A stretch of 64,000 nt of DNA, from contig JBEWZL010000243.1 in assembly GCA_045837725.1 (NCBI GenBank), positions 248,001 to 312,000 of the forward strand. Direction: 5' to 3'. This DNA comes from Vermamoeba vermiformis. Taxonomy: Eukaryota. Under the pieces are notes generated by a model that saw only the letters and a program-made list of their open reading frames with translations, searched no databases and was not told the origin of the DNA. Position 1 is the first letter of the stretch, and the number at the start of each line of letters is the position of its first letter. The translations under genes were made by a program, and so were the position numbers. Shown here one piece after another: positions 39,016 to 51,800 of the stretch.

Positions 39016-40405
39016 TCACACTGGTCGAATGCCGGCCAGTCGTCGCAGCTGTTCGAACACAATGAATGTCACCACGGTGTGCGGACCAATGCGCAGCCAG
39101 TTGGGCACGAATCCCTTGTAGAGGCCGAGCGGTCCTTCAGTGCGCAGTGTTTTGAGCGCGCAGTCGAGGGTGGAGGAGTAGCGCTGCTGGCCCTGCTGAT
39201 TCATGATGCGCGTCTTGATCACATCGACGGGCGAGGTCACCACTGCTGCGATGAAGCCTGCGAGCATTGAGGCCCTGGTGAGTGGTCAGCATCAAAGTGG
39301 TTCACTGAACGGCAAGTGACCGCTACTCACGTGAAGTGCGTGACAATGCCCTCGTGGAAGTGCAGCCAGTGCGCACTGAGCAGCGAGTGTTTGATGTGGT
39401 CGTAGCTGGCCAATTGACTCGCAGTCAGCAGGGTCGCGCGTTGAGTGGTCGGTCCCACGCCTAGAGAGAGAGACGGTCAGTGGTTTGATGGCACTGCATA
39501 TATTTATATCGGAACCTTTAGCTACCTTTGTACAGTCCGCGCAGTCCTTCCGTGCGATAGATGTGTGCGAATGCGTGCCACATGTTGGGGTACTGGTGCA
39601 CCGACGGACCTGTGCCCTGTGCTTGCATGCGCACTTTGACGAGGTCAGTAGGATTGGCAATGCCACTGCCCAGTGCACCGGATGTAGCTCCTGCGAGGAT
39701 CTTCTTCCACAGTGGCGTGGTGCCTGGGGAGGGTGAGTAATTGCGTCTATAGAGATCAATATGTAACGTACGAGGGTTCTCAGCGTGCAGCACGTCCTTC
39801 AAGACATCGTATAGGCCCATCCGCAGTGTGCTGTAAGTGCCCTCGCGCAGCAGTGAAGCAGTCAAGCTTAATGTGAGGAGATTAGGCCTAGTGTACATAT
39901 AAATATATATATGACTTACCCTTTGTATAGTCCGCGCACGCCCTCTTCGCGGAGTATCGTGTAACAGCCGTGGAACATGCCCTAGAAACAGATCGCGATC
40001 AGATCCACCTTAACGAGTCCAATGAATAGTACCCTATAGTGCTTGGACGAGCCATATATACTCGATAGACCATGTCTCTTTTCTGTGGACAGCTCGCCTT
40101 GAATTTGCAAGCGAATTTTGATGACATCGATCGGGTTGGTCTGTGCAAGCCGTCAGTGCCAGGCTAGGGGTCATTATGTAATCGTGTCATATATATAGGT
40201 GAGAGGTAATAAATTCATTGATTTTCGTAATTAAAAAACGGCTGCTGACTGGATCGGCACTGAAACAAATATCTCAAGTACCGATTTAACGCCACTCATA
40301 TTTATAAGTGATCACATATAGCACCATATTAATACGTACCACGCACGCAGCGAGCATGCACGAGATGCCGCCGAACAAGAACTTTTGTGTCGTACTCTCC
40401 GTCAT
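39016..40405 (-). CDS. Mitochondrial carrier family protein, UCP/oxoglutarate-carrier-like
   Basis: Three PxDxxKxR repeats (NPIDVIKIRLQ, NPTDLVKVRMQ, SPVDVIKTRIMNQ), LLREGTYSTLRMGLYD, YKGFVPNWLRIGPHT. Confidence 0.9.
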
Positions 40406-40699
40406 TGGGGCGTGCAACAGCGACTAGCAATGAATATATATGATATTGATCTTATTTACAAACAACTAGTCGGTGTTGTGTTCTAGATCTGAATCAACAA
40501 ATTCGATTAGATCCGGCAATCATTCGGGTACGGAACTGCTCCGAAGACAAGCCGAATGAAGAGTGCGGCATCGATGATGTATTCACGATAACACTCGCTT
40601 AGTATACTCGCTGCCGGACTGTCAATCAACGTTAATGAAAAATGGTGTAAGTTCAGTCCGCTCTGATCACTGAACACAGCTACACTAAAGTGCTCGAAA

Positions 40700-41892
40700 A
40701 TGTCTTTTTGGGGTCCCACTGCGACTGCTAAAAAGAATAAGAACAGAAAGCTGCGTAACAGAGCTCGTGTTTATGCAGATGTGAATCAGCACCGCCCTCG
40801 CGAATATTGGAACTACGAGAATTTAACGGTTCAATGGGGGTAAATATTTAATTATAAATTATTGGTATTCGCTTACATTACGAGTATTGTGCATACTACA
40901 GCCTTATTGGAGTAATTTTAATTTAATTAATTTTTTTTAACATTTTCTGTAATTACTGCTCGTGGTATTATTACAATCATATAATTAATAATAATATCAG
41001 CGGCCAAGATGATTATGAAATTATTCGCAAAGTCGGTCGTGGCAAGTACAGCGAGGTGTTCGAGGGGATCAACAGCGTGAACAACGAGCGCTGCATTATT
41101 AAGATACTCAAGCCAGTCAAGAAGAAGAAGATCAAGCGAGAAATCAAAATCTTGCAGAACTTGTGTGGCGGCACGAACATCATCAAGCTGCTGGATGTGG
41201 TGCGCGATCCGCAGACCAAAACACCCTCGCTCATCTTCGAGTTTGTGGACAATGTGGACTTCAAGATGTTGTACCCGCAGCTGACAGACTACGACGTGCG
41301 CTACTACATGTTCGAGCTGTTGAAGGCACTCGACTACGCGCACAGCAACGGCATCATGCACCGCGACGTCAAGCCGCACAACGTGATGATCGATCACAAG
41401 CTGCGCACACTGCGACTGATTGACTGGGGCTTGGCGGAGTTCTATCACAAGGACCAGGACTACAACGTGCGTGTGGCGAGTCGGTACTTCAAGGGCCCCG
41501 AGCTGTTGGTGGACATGCAGGACTACGACTACAGCCTCGACTTGTGGTCCTTTGGCTGCATGTTCGCGGGCCTCATCTTCAGAAAGGAGCCCTTCTTCCG
41601 CGGCAACGACAACAAGGACCAGCTCGTCAAGATCGCCAAGGTACTCGGCACTGATGAGCTCGATGCGTGGCTGGACAAGTACGGCATCAACATTGACAAC
41701 CAGTTCAAAGCGATGATTGGTCGACACACCAAGAAGCCCTGGAAGAAGTTCATCACCCCTGAGAACGCGCATCTGGCTGGTGTACCCGAGGCCATTGACC
41801 TCGTCGATCGTCTGTTGCGCTACGACCCTGCTGAACGATTGACAGCGCGCGAGGCCATGGAACACAACTACTTCTCCGTGTTGAAGAAGTAA
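40700..41892 (+). CDS. CSNK2A1: Casein kinase II catalytic alpha subunit
   Basis: [74 protein letters not shown]; one intron. Confidence 0.97.
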
Positions 41893-42120
41893 CGCGGATG
41901 TACCTCTCAGTGCTCGCTAATTCGTCTTTGTAAATGTTATTTAATTCGTAGTAATGTAAAATCACGTTAGAACTATGCAGTAGTATAGTAGTCACAGTAT
42001 TGTATATTACATTATGGGCAGTACGGCCAGTCACTGTGGCAGGGAAATGTTTTTTGAAAACAACAGATGTCAAAACTCAGTTCAAACTCAAATTGTACAA
42101 TAGCACACCATATATCACAC

Positions 42121-42728
42121 ATGAGCTCAGCAAAGAAGAGCGATTCATCCACAAGCAAGAGCAATGGATCTGATTTGAAAGTTCAAGGCGGCAAAGTCGA
42201 TAAAAAAACTAAGGATTGGAACGATTTAATTCCTGGTATGATATATCGCTTATAGACACATTAGACACTCGCGTGATCATGAAGATCATTTTTAAATATT
42301 TATTTCGCATTTTAATCAATTATTAAATTTCTGGGATCTAGGTTACGACAAGTTGTCTCCGCTCGACAAAATGAAGGCGAGGTCACAACATCAATTGAAA
42401 AAAGTTGGTGAGTCTCACAGTCGATCGATGCCTTACTAACAGATCCACAGCCTCACGGGACGATGCGTTAAAATCAGGCGCCAAGAACTGGGAGCGCTTT
42501 ACATTCAATCAAAATGCACCGCTGAACAAGCGCGACAAGCCCGATCTGAGTGATTTGGAGGACGATGAAGACAGGCGCGACAGAGCGGACAGATCTGCAC
42601 CTCCCAAGACCGCTGAAGACAACAAGCACGACGATGCTATATTTGGCAATGCGGGTGTGGAGCTCGATGACGAAGCAGTGCCTAATAAGGCTAACGATGC
42701 GCACGACGATGGTGCACAAGAGAAGTGA
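42121..42728 (+). CDS. Small hydrophilic hypothetical protein, 3 exons
   Basis: Spliced ORF contains IPGYDKLSPLDKMKARSQHQL, WERFTFNQNAPL and HDDAIFG; canonical introns. Confidence 0.7.
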
Positions 42729-42768
42729 AATCATGTACATAAAGCAGATTATTATTACACGTACACCA

Positions 42769-45108
42769 CTACTGCCTCGGGTACCACAAGCTCACGGTGT
42801 AGACTGCAGTGCCAATGCCGATCAGCACGCCAAGGGTCAGCCACATCAGCGCTGCACCCAGTGACATCTTGTCGCGGCGATGACGCACCTCCAGCCGATC
42901 ATCTTCGCGCCACAGTCCTGCGCGCGGTGCTGCATTGTAGAACCGTTCTAAGCGGCGTCGTCGCTCTGATTCTGGCAGTTGGGGCTTGAACACGCGATCG
43001 ACTTTCCTAATTTGGTAATTGAGATCAGTTTCAGTGCACCGCATCCAATCCTCGCGTACCTGAGTGCAGCAATCTCGTTGATATCTTTGTACACACCCGC
43101 ACTCAGTCCTGCAAGTGCTGCAGCGCCCCACGCAGTCATGTCCACGGCAGTGCGCGGTCTCTCCACTACGGCCCCGGTCAAGTCCGCGAGTGCTTGACAC
43201 ACGAAATCTCCGCGCGACACTCCGCCATCGAGTCGAATGGTTTGCACGCGCAGTGACGTGTCTTGTGCGATGACATCTGCAATGCGTGCCACACTAGTGA
43301 GAGGTGTTAGTGGCCATAATTGACGCTACTAAGAGCAGCTACCTGTAGCCAATTGACTCCAATATCGCGCGCACAATGTGTTCGCGCTTGGTCTCTTGAT
43401 TGAGGCCGATCAACAGCCCACGTGCGCGTGCATCCCAGAGTGGCACTTGATGTCCTAGTGCAGTGCGAGTGAGTTCAATGCGCCTACAGTGCGGGCCATC
43501 ACTTACCGCTGAAGCTCGGCACAAAGTACGTGTCGCCTGAGTCTTCCACTTGTTGCGCGAGTTGTGCTGCGTCGTTGAGTGAGCTGAGGTCGACTGATTC
43601 CATCCAATCGAGCACCGAGCCTGCAATGTGATTGGTCAGCGAGTGACACGTGTCAAATCAGTGTTGACATGACTTGCCTGCACATTGAAAGTTGCCTTCA
43701 AAGTTGTAGGTCAATTTGTCACCGATCTTCCACGAGGCAATGGGATACAGGCCTAATTCGATGTGAGTACTAATATAGTATTGTAGCATGCAACGTTACT
43801 GATTACCTTGCGGAGAATAGCCGCACTTGCTGCCGAGGACAATCGACAGAAATCCACCCGTGCCCAGCGTGCACTTGACGTCACCGCGCGTGAAGCAACC
43901 TTGACCGAAGAGTGCTGCTGATTGGTCGGCCACCACCGCTGTGCGAGTGTGAGTGATTGGTCAGTAGTCACGTGATATTGCCCTTACCTCCAATGGCAAT
44001 GGGGGCACCAAATATAGAGGCGTCAGTGTGTCCAAACTTGTCACTCGTTGCCATCAATTTGGGGAAGATGTGACGTGGTGGCAGTGGCGCTAAGAACCAC
44101 AACATCCAACTGCGTGGGAATTAGTTACCAAATTAGGAAAGTGCAGTCACTGACCTCCACGTCTGATCGAACGGGTCGTAAAAGCCAGTTGCCACTGCAT
44201 TGCTGTGATCGGTTGCGTAGATTTTGCCTGGCAGATGATGTCAATTACCAAATAAGGCAAAGTCCGCGCCTACCTGCCGACAACTTCCACAACAGCCACG
44301 TGTCCAGCGTGCCAATGCGCAATCGATTTTGTTTTTGCAACTCTTTCAACACGGGCAAGTTGTTCCACACCCACGCGACTTTGAGAATGGCCTGCAGCGT
44401 GGAGAAGCGGTAGTTGGACGCAGCTTGATAGTGCGGATCACGTGTCACCCAGTACAGCAGCGTCGTCACCACGCGAAGGGCCTTCACAATCGGCGCTTTG
44501 TTCCGCTCAATGGTGTCGTGTGCTGCGCGCAGATCCATCCACGTGATGAGCGGGTGACACGGTCTGCTGGTCTCTGCGTCCCACGAGATGAAAGTGCTGC
44601 GCTGCGTGGTGATGCCGAGCGAGAGAATGTCTGCGAACAATAGGGAGTGGTGAATATGGAGCTGTCAAGTCAGGGGGTAACAGACCTGCGGCAGTGATCT
44701 TCGCGTCTTTCATGGCCTGTTTGAGCACTGTAACTACTGCTTGAAAGATCTGTAGTCGCTATTAATAGCTGTACTTGAATGCTGAAAGGAAATTTCATTG
44801 GGTACCTCTTCGGGATCTTCTTCGACCTCGCCGTTGGGTCCATATCGATTGATAACCTTTGCGTAGCTCTTTGATACAACTTCACCTTTAGTGGACCATA
44901 TATAGCCCTATTTAACGGTTATTGATTTGAATTGCGCAAATTCGATAAAAAATAAATTTGAAATTATTTACGAGCAAGGTATTTAATTACAGATATTCTA
45001 ATTAATAACACCATCGCTTGTTATTTGTTTATTAAAATTTTACACCAACTGACATCTCACCTTAATGCCGGTACTGCCGCAATCAACACTCGCCAAGTAC
45101 TTAGCCAT
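42769..45108 (-). CDS. GK5: FGGY-family glycerol kinase (GK5-like) with a C-terminal TM segment
   Basis: MAKYLASVDCGSTGIK, LGITTQRSTFISWD, LITWMDLRA, GTLDTWLLWKL, ADQSAALFGQGC, KCTLGTGGF, RAILESIGYR, IRLDGGVS, TAWGAAALAGL. Confidence 0.85.
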
Positions 45109-45224
45109 CGCTGAGAGTGAATATATTGATAATTAAAGTGTTCTTAGTCTTTGTGATTACCAGCACTCGTGTTCAGTGCGTGAAATTAATAATTATACTA
45201 TTTCATCGCAGAGACACAACAGCA

Positions 45225-46324
45225 ATGCTTTTACGATCGATTAGCAACATATTTAACGTTAATAAGCGGCACATATGCAAGACTGCCAACAAAGCACTGT
45301 TTGACTCAGGACGACAGCAAATCCGCCAGCTGTCAAGCGCAGATCCCAAAGAAACAGCGGCTATTGACCCCTTAAATTACAAAATTGAAACATATCAAGG
45401 CTTGTTCGAAGATCATGGTGGAAAGAGTAAGGATGGGGATAAGATCCGGTGAAATCACTCGCATTAATTTTAAAAATTGTGCAGAGCGAGCAGAGATTGA
45501 ATTGACCAAAGACCAAGTCAAAATATTTCAAGTCAATCACGTTAATATTATTGGCAACACTTTTACAACTCTGCTGCCGAGTGGGTACGTGGATGGCGGT
45601 CTAGATCCAATTGCACCACAACAGTCTTAACAGTTATCCATATAGGCCTCTATCAGAGGTGTTATCCAAGTCCTTTGCGCTACACAACGGCGCTGTTGAC
45701 AAGTACACTCTCAACTTCACGATCCGGATCCCGATCTCGACCAACACTGAAACAGGTTCGTATTCACGTGTTATCTAGCTGTCTTATTAATGTCTGACTA
45801 GGCACTAGTCACGAGGAAGGCAAGTTGCATGTCAAAGTCGCGGTGGATCAAGCAGAACAACCTCGCCAAGTGTTTCAACTGACGCTGAAGCACGGTGATC
45901 ACGTGATCGCTTCAGAGCCCGCTGCTAAATTCGGCGACGCACTGCTCGACATACAGCTGCAACTGCCCATCAAGACGTACATCCGCTCGTGTTTCATGTG
46001 CACGTACTCAGAGTACTACCCGCTCTCCAACGGTGAGCTACAAACAATAGCCATGCGTTAATTAAGCATCTTATAGGTGAATTCGGCTCTATGGGCTGTT
46101 TCAAACGCTGGCCGGGCATTCAATCGGTCAAATCAGCGCAAGAACTGATGTTCAACTGGATGCAGTGCTCCGATCAGGTCCAAGAGACTTATCGCTGCGC
46201 TTCATTTCGACGACGCACTCGTCCTCATATAACACCGAGTGAGGGCGAGCAGATAGTGACGGACAGTCACGAGGGCTCACTGACGACTGGTCCTATTCAA
46301 GAGGAGAAGGAGTGGAGCAAGTGA
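45225..46324 (+). CDS. DUF6304-like Cys-motif protein with a mitochondrial presequence, 5 exons
   Basis: N-terminus MLLRSISNIFNVNKRHICKTANK...RQLSS. C-terminal FGDALLDIQLQLP...RSCFMCTYSEYYPLSNGEFGSMGCF...VQETYRCASFRRR matches my recollection of the bacterial DUF6304 pattern. Confidence 0.6.
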
Positions 46325-46389
46325 TTCTTCAGAATGTCAATAAGAAGCATGATGTGAATATGAACAATGTATAGTACAATAGGATGTAT

Positions 46390-48778
46390 TTATTTCTTAG
46401 AACTCTTCTTTTTGAGTGTTTTTGTCTTGCTCGGAGATTTCACTTTAGATCCGACACTGCTCTTCGTCTTCTTCACTTTAACAGCGCTCGACTTGACGCT
46501 CTTGCTCTTGACCACTTTCTTGCGCTTAACAGGCTCAGCTGGCTCCTCACCTTCATCTTCGTCTTCATCCTCAGGGTCGAGTTGTTTGTTGTCGGCACTG
46601 AACTGAATCTGCGCACTCATCACAGGACCCAACTTGTCCACGCGCTGCTTGTTCAACAGGTCCATTATTCGCTGCTCTAACTTGCCGGCAATCATGTTCT
46701 CTTTCTTCTTGGCTCGCTTGTCAGTTTTGGGTGTCAAATTGAAGTCTTCAATGTCCTGTTGAATGTCTTTTGTCGCGTCGTTAAAGTCCTGCAAGCTGGT
46801 GACATCGAATGAACTCAAATCAAACACTTGCAGTTTGTCCATGTGTTTGAAGGCCTCGCGATTCAAATCTGCTTTGCTTTTTTGTCTTTCAACGTGCATT
46901 GAGTTCGTCAATTCTTCTATTTTCTGTACAAGTTGTGCTTCAATGGCATCTAATTTTGCAGCCGTTTCATCGAGCTGTGATTTTGGTGGTGTGGCGCGTG
47001 TTGAGAATGGATCGTCTATGATCTCCCAGTCTTTTGGATTGAATTTTTGATTGCGAAGTTCTTCGGGCAGTGCTTCATCGGTCTCTAAGCTTTCAATGCG
47101 CATCTTGGTCCACGGACTCATCTTGAGGTGTCTGCAACATGTATATTAGTACTAGTCATGAGGTTATTGAGAGTACGTACCCTTCTTTTTCCAATGATTC
47201 GAGGCTGACATTGCCCGGCACTTTTTCAAATCGTTTGAGATAGTCTTCAACGCGCTGTTTTTTCTTCGAATAACTCCACAACAGATTTCTGACACGCGAC
47301 TCGAGGTTGATTTTCTTCTCCAAGCATTCGTCAACGAGGGCAAATGCCTGATCAATGTTTTTGAGCTTGATGTACATCTCTATGCCGCGCCCCCACACGC
47401 GGTTGTTGATTGAAGTGTCGTGACGAATGCCATTGAAATATGCTTCAGCACGTGTCAGCTGATCAGTTCTGAGCAGTCCTGTCAAGTACTCTGCGTGTGC
47501 TGCATTGCTGGGTGCTAATCCTTGAGCGCGCATTGCTTTCAGGGCGCGATCTGCCTCGTCTAATTGTTCCGCGTGACAGTAGATCTTGATCATTTCATTC
47601 CACAGCTCTGCATCGGGCTGCACGTTGAACTGTTGCAGTGATGCGAACAGGGTCTTAGCGAGTGACACGTCATTCAGACGAGCACACGCGCTCATCAATG
47701 TCTTCACTAGCAGGGGACTCGGCTTGAGATTGTAGGTCTTCATGCTGCGAATTGCTTTGGTCGCTTGATCGAGTGTGTTGAGCTGTGCGTAGCCCTGCAC
47801 TAGCAATCTAATGGCCTGGTTAATAGGTTGATGCGTTAAACAACGTGCACGTACTCAAATGTGCGCACAGAGGGAGTGACCTCTAACTGTTTCATCGCCT
47901 CGAACAACTTCTCTACCGTCTCCATGTCACGCAGCGCAACGTACGCAGCGATGAGAGCGGTGTAAATAGGCTCTTCTTGCGGTATGTCACCTGCAGACAC
48001 GCGCTGCAAGTACTGAGCCAGCTCGCTCTCGTTGTTCTGTCAAATGTGTCATTAAAGTCAGGCTGCGGATGCATTCACTTACAGTCTTGCCATGCGCCAA
48101 TATCAATCCTGCGTGCGTGTTGGCATCAATTGGGATGTTGTTGCGAGTCATTAACGAGAATAGTTCCTGTTAGTACAAGTTAGTCCTGTTCGATCGCGAT
48201 CTGTTAGGTACCTCAGCTTCATCGACTGCACCATCATTTGCATATGCACGAATCATAGCATTGTAGACTGATGTATCTTTGGAATTCTTGCCCAGTTCGA
48301 AGGCCTGTAACAAATCGTACGGTGAGTTTAGCACGGTAGTAATTAATTTCGATTTTAATTCGGCAGTGAAAGATTATTGAATGCTAATTTAGCTTCTTAC
48401 ATTGTAAATAGATTAAATATAATTTTTTCAAAATAGTTTTACCTTGAAAGCTAGATCTATCCTCTGTAACTTGCTTGCTCTTTTAATAAACTCTACTAAA
48501 GCACTGACATTATTATTTCCCGGGTTGTTTTGTAATTGAATGAGCTCTTCTTCTAAATTGGCGTCTGATCTTCCGTGATCCCTTTCTCCTTGCTGTTTGG
48601 TTGATAGATACATACATCTTGTCGTAGGGTATATATTACCAGTAATTGTGTGATTAATTCTTCGATTGCTAGAAGTAAGCTTGCGCTGCAGACAAGGCTG
48701 GATCCGATCGCGTGTCAGTGCAGTCACGCCGCGACGAGCACTTATTCTGAGTGCAGGGCCTATAATTCGCGACAACAT
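46390..48778 (-). CDS. Mitochondrion-targeted pentatricopeptide-repeat protein with acidic/Lys-rich tail
   Basis: Presequence MLSRIIGPALRISARR. ~35-aa repeats such as VYNAMIRAYANDG, IYTALIAAY and PDAELWNEMIKIYCHAEQLDEADRALKAMRAQGLAPS. Confidence 0.85.
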
Positions 48779-48893
48779 TGACGTGTTGCTGTACTAACAA
48801 GGCAGCTGTAATAATACAATTTATTCGCAAGTCGCCGAACAAAAAGCAGGCGACGTTAGTGTACAACAAAACAAACAAGAGTGCGCAATCAGC

Positions 48894-51800
48894 TTAAAAT
48901 AGGCCAGTGGCTCGCTTCTTCTGCACGCGCTTCCACTGCGGCATTGCGGTGTACTCAGCACGCGAGCAGCCAAACACCTTCAAGAAGTCTTCTTCGCTCA
49001 GGTAGTTCTCGCGACAGGACTTGTCCACACCAGGAGGCGGGACTGGCTGCATCAACTCTTCGTAGGTGTAGGTCTTGTGGAATTCTTTCAGGGCCTCTGT
49101 GACATCCATAATTACATTGCCGGACTGCGTCAGGGCCGCGTGTCCTGATCGATCCTCTTCGTGCTCCATCACATTCACCTTGGGCGGGGCAGTGCTGGGG
49201 GCTTTAACAACACCTGCTGCTTGCACGTGAGTCACTGGCTTGTCGAGCCAGCCATGGAAGTGTGCTTTGAATACTAATGGCTCAAATCCGTCTTGCACGA
49301 TGTAAGTTTGAACCTGCTCTCGGCCTTGATTTTGTTTGGCCAAGTTGAGGTACTCGACTGAGATCTCAATGGCTTTCTTCTTCTTGGTTTCGTTGGACTT
49401 GGAACCGATCCACACGAACAGTTCAGCACCTGCATCCAAGATCATTGCATCGCGCGTGACTAGATCGTCTTGGTAAAAGTCTAGCACTTCTTTTGCCGCA
49501 AATGTCGCAGTGGCAGTGGCTTGTGTAACGTGGAACAAACGAACTTTGTTGTCCTGTTAAGGTGGTCAGAATTGTAAGCAGTGTCTCAGACTCGTGCCTC
49601 GCTTACCCATTGAGACAAATACGAAGCAGCAGCGTAGTCTTGCTTGCCGCCAATCAGGTCCCAGAATTCATTGCTTTCTTCGCCTTCATTGCATCGACGT
49701 AGATCTTTGCCGTGACTCCACGAGTGCAAGCCATTGGCCAGTTGATCACTCTGAGCCAAGTGCTCTGCGCTGCTGACAGTACCGCGTCCGTGCCAGACCC
49801 AGTTGCCTTTGTCCGATATCACTACAAATGAGTCTCGGCTGTTCAGCTTGGAGGCTTGAGCAGCTTCGAGTTCAATCGCGTGCATGGGTAGTTGAGTAGT
49901 ACCGCGCAAGTGGAACATGCGTGCAGCGGAGCAGCTAACAGAGTCTTCGTAATGACCTTGATGCACAAAGTACTTGCCATTGAAGGCCCACAAGAACTGT
50001 ACGGGCTCTTTGTTCTCAAACACGGTCTGCTGCTTTAAGAACGGATGTCGAGACATCTTCTTGTATTCTTCTTTGCTCAACAACGCCGCTGATCCAGCAT
50101 CAACCTTGCTGCAGTGTTTGCCTTCCCATGTCCAAATCATGTGTCGCAGCGTGTTCTTACGCAAGTAGACGTAGATGACAATGTAGCAATTGCCCGAAGA
50201 GAAGTGGCCGTGTAAGTGTGCTGGAACTTCGACTTTCTGTTGGTCTTTGATCAGCCAGATCGTGTATTCTTCATTGCCATCAGCACGGTCCAATTCATCG
50301 AAGTCTGAGCGAACAACTTCGACGAACATATCGCTAACTGTAAACGCGCGGTGCTTCGGCTTATCGTCGTTAAATTTGGGAATGCCTCTGAACATCTTCT
50401 TCACAGCATTGGGGTGCGAGAGATCGGGCCAGTCCGCAAATCTTTCACGGAACAAGTAAGGCTCACCACCCTGAGGAACTCGCTCGACCTTACTCCAGGG
50501 CTTGCGGTCTTTGTCGCGGAAGATTTTCTGTAGTTATGTTAGTTCTGAATATATGCAAAGTTGGATACTTACATCGGCTTCAAGCATCACTTGGGCTCTG
50601 TCTTCTTCCGAACTGTCTCGTCCTTGCCATGCGTACAATTCATTGCCGCAATCAAGTACGAAGCACTTGTTCTGATCCAACATGTCCATCAACAACTTGC
50701 TCTCTTTCTGTTCAATTTCTGTCATTTTGATCACAGATTTGTCCTCTTCAGTTCGCTCCATGCAGAACAGTTTGACCCGCTCTGCTTCAATCTTCTCGGC
50801 CTCAGTGTCATCGCCGCCTTCAGACTCGGGCTTGATTGGCCCTTTGCCACCAAGGGCTTGCCAGAATTGTTCCATTTCAGCCTCTGTTGAGTTCTTGTCC
50901 AATTTGACTACTTCAGCGTTGCCACCGCGTTCATGGCTCTTAATAATTTCAGCAATGCCCGCAGCTTTAGCTTTTTCCATCTGGTTAGCCTTTGCGCCGT
51001 TCCACACGTAGATGATACGATCGCAATCGAGCACGAATGCATCGCCTTGGTTCATCGAGGTGTATGACACATCGACCGCTCGAATCCACACTCGCCTCTT
51101 GCCTTTGCAGTGAATGAATTTGATGTCGTGGCGTCTTTCGGGTGCTTTCTTGATGGCAGTTTTGTACCTAAAAAGACGTAAGATTACATGCCTCTATGTG
51201 CTTATAAGTTGTACGTACAATTGTGAGTTTAATAGTCTGTTTTGCTCCTTTTGCGAGTTGATTTTCTCCTCTCTCATGCGCTCTTCTTCTTCGAGTTGTC
51301 GTCGTTCATAGTCCTGCATGCACAATTAGTGGTGGACTTAACACTTGCATCAATACTCACCATAGCAGTCTCGTGCTTCTTCTGTTCGGCGCTGTGACTG
51401 GCTCGTTGATCAAGAATGCTTGTCACTGATTGGTCAGAGTGCTCGGGCACTGTTTCATTGATAACATGTTGTGCGGGATCTACAGCCTGTCCGTCCCCAT
51501 CAAATTTCGAGGGTAATCTTCTTTTAGGTCCCTTTGCTCTGCTAGCACTACGCAGTCTCGTAGTTGTGCCGAGGACAGGTTCACGCATTTCTACAAGCCG
51601 GGGTGTTGGCAGTTTAGCGGCTGAATCGCTGCGCGGTGTCGCTTCCCCGGGCAACGGCACTCGAGGTGACATTAATTCTAAGTGCTTGAAGGAGCCAAGA
51701 GCGTTCTGAATCGATGTTAATTCACTGAAATAAACTAGCTCAGATCTGACAACGCGTACCGTAAAAATGTCTGTTGTCTTAACACCCTCTAGATCACCAA

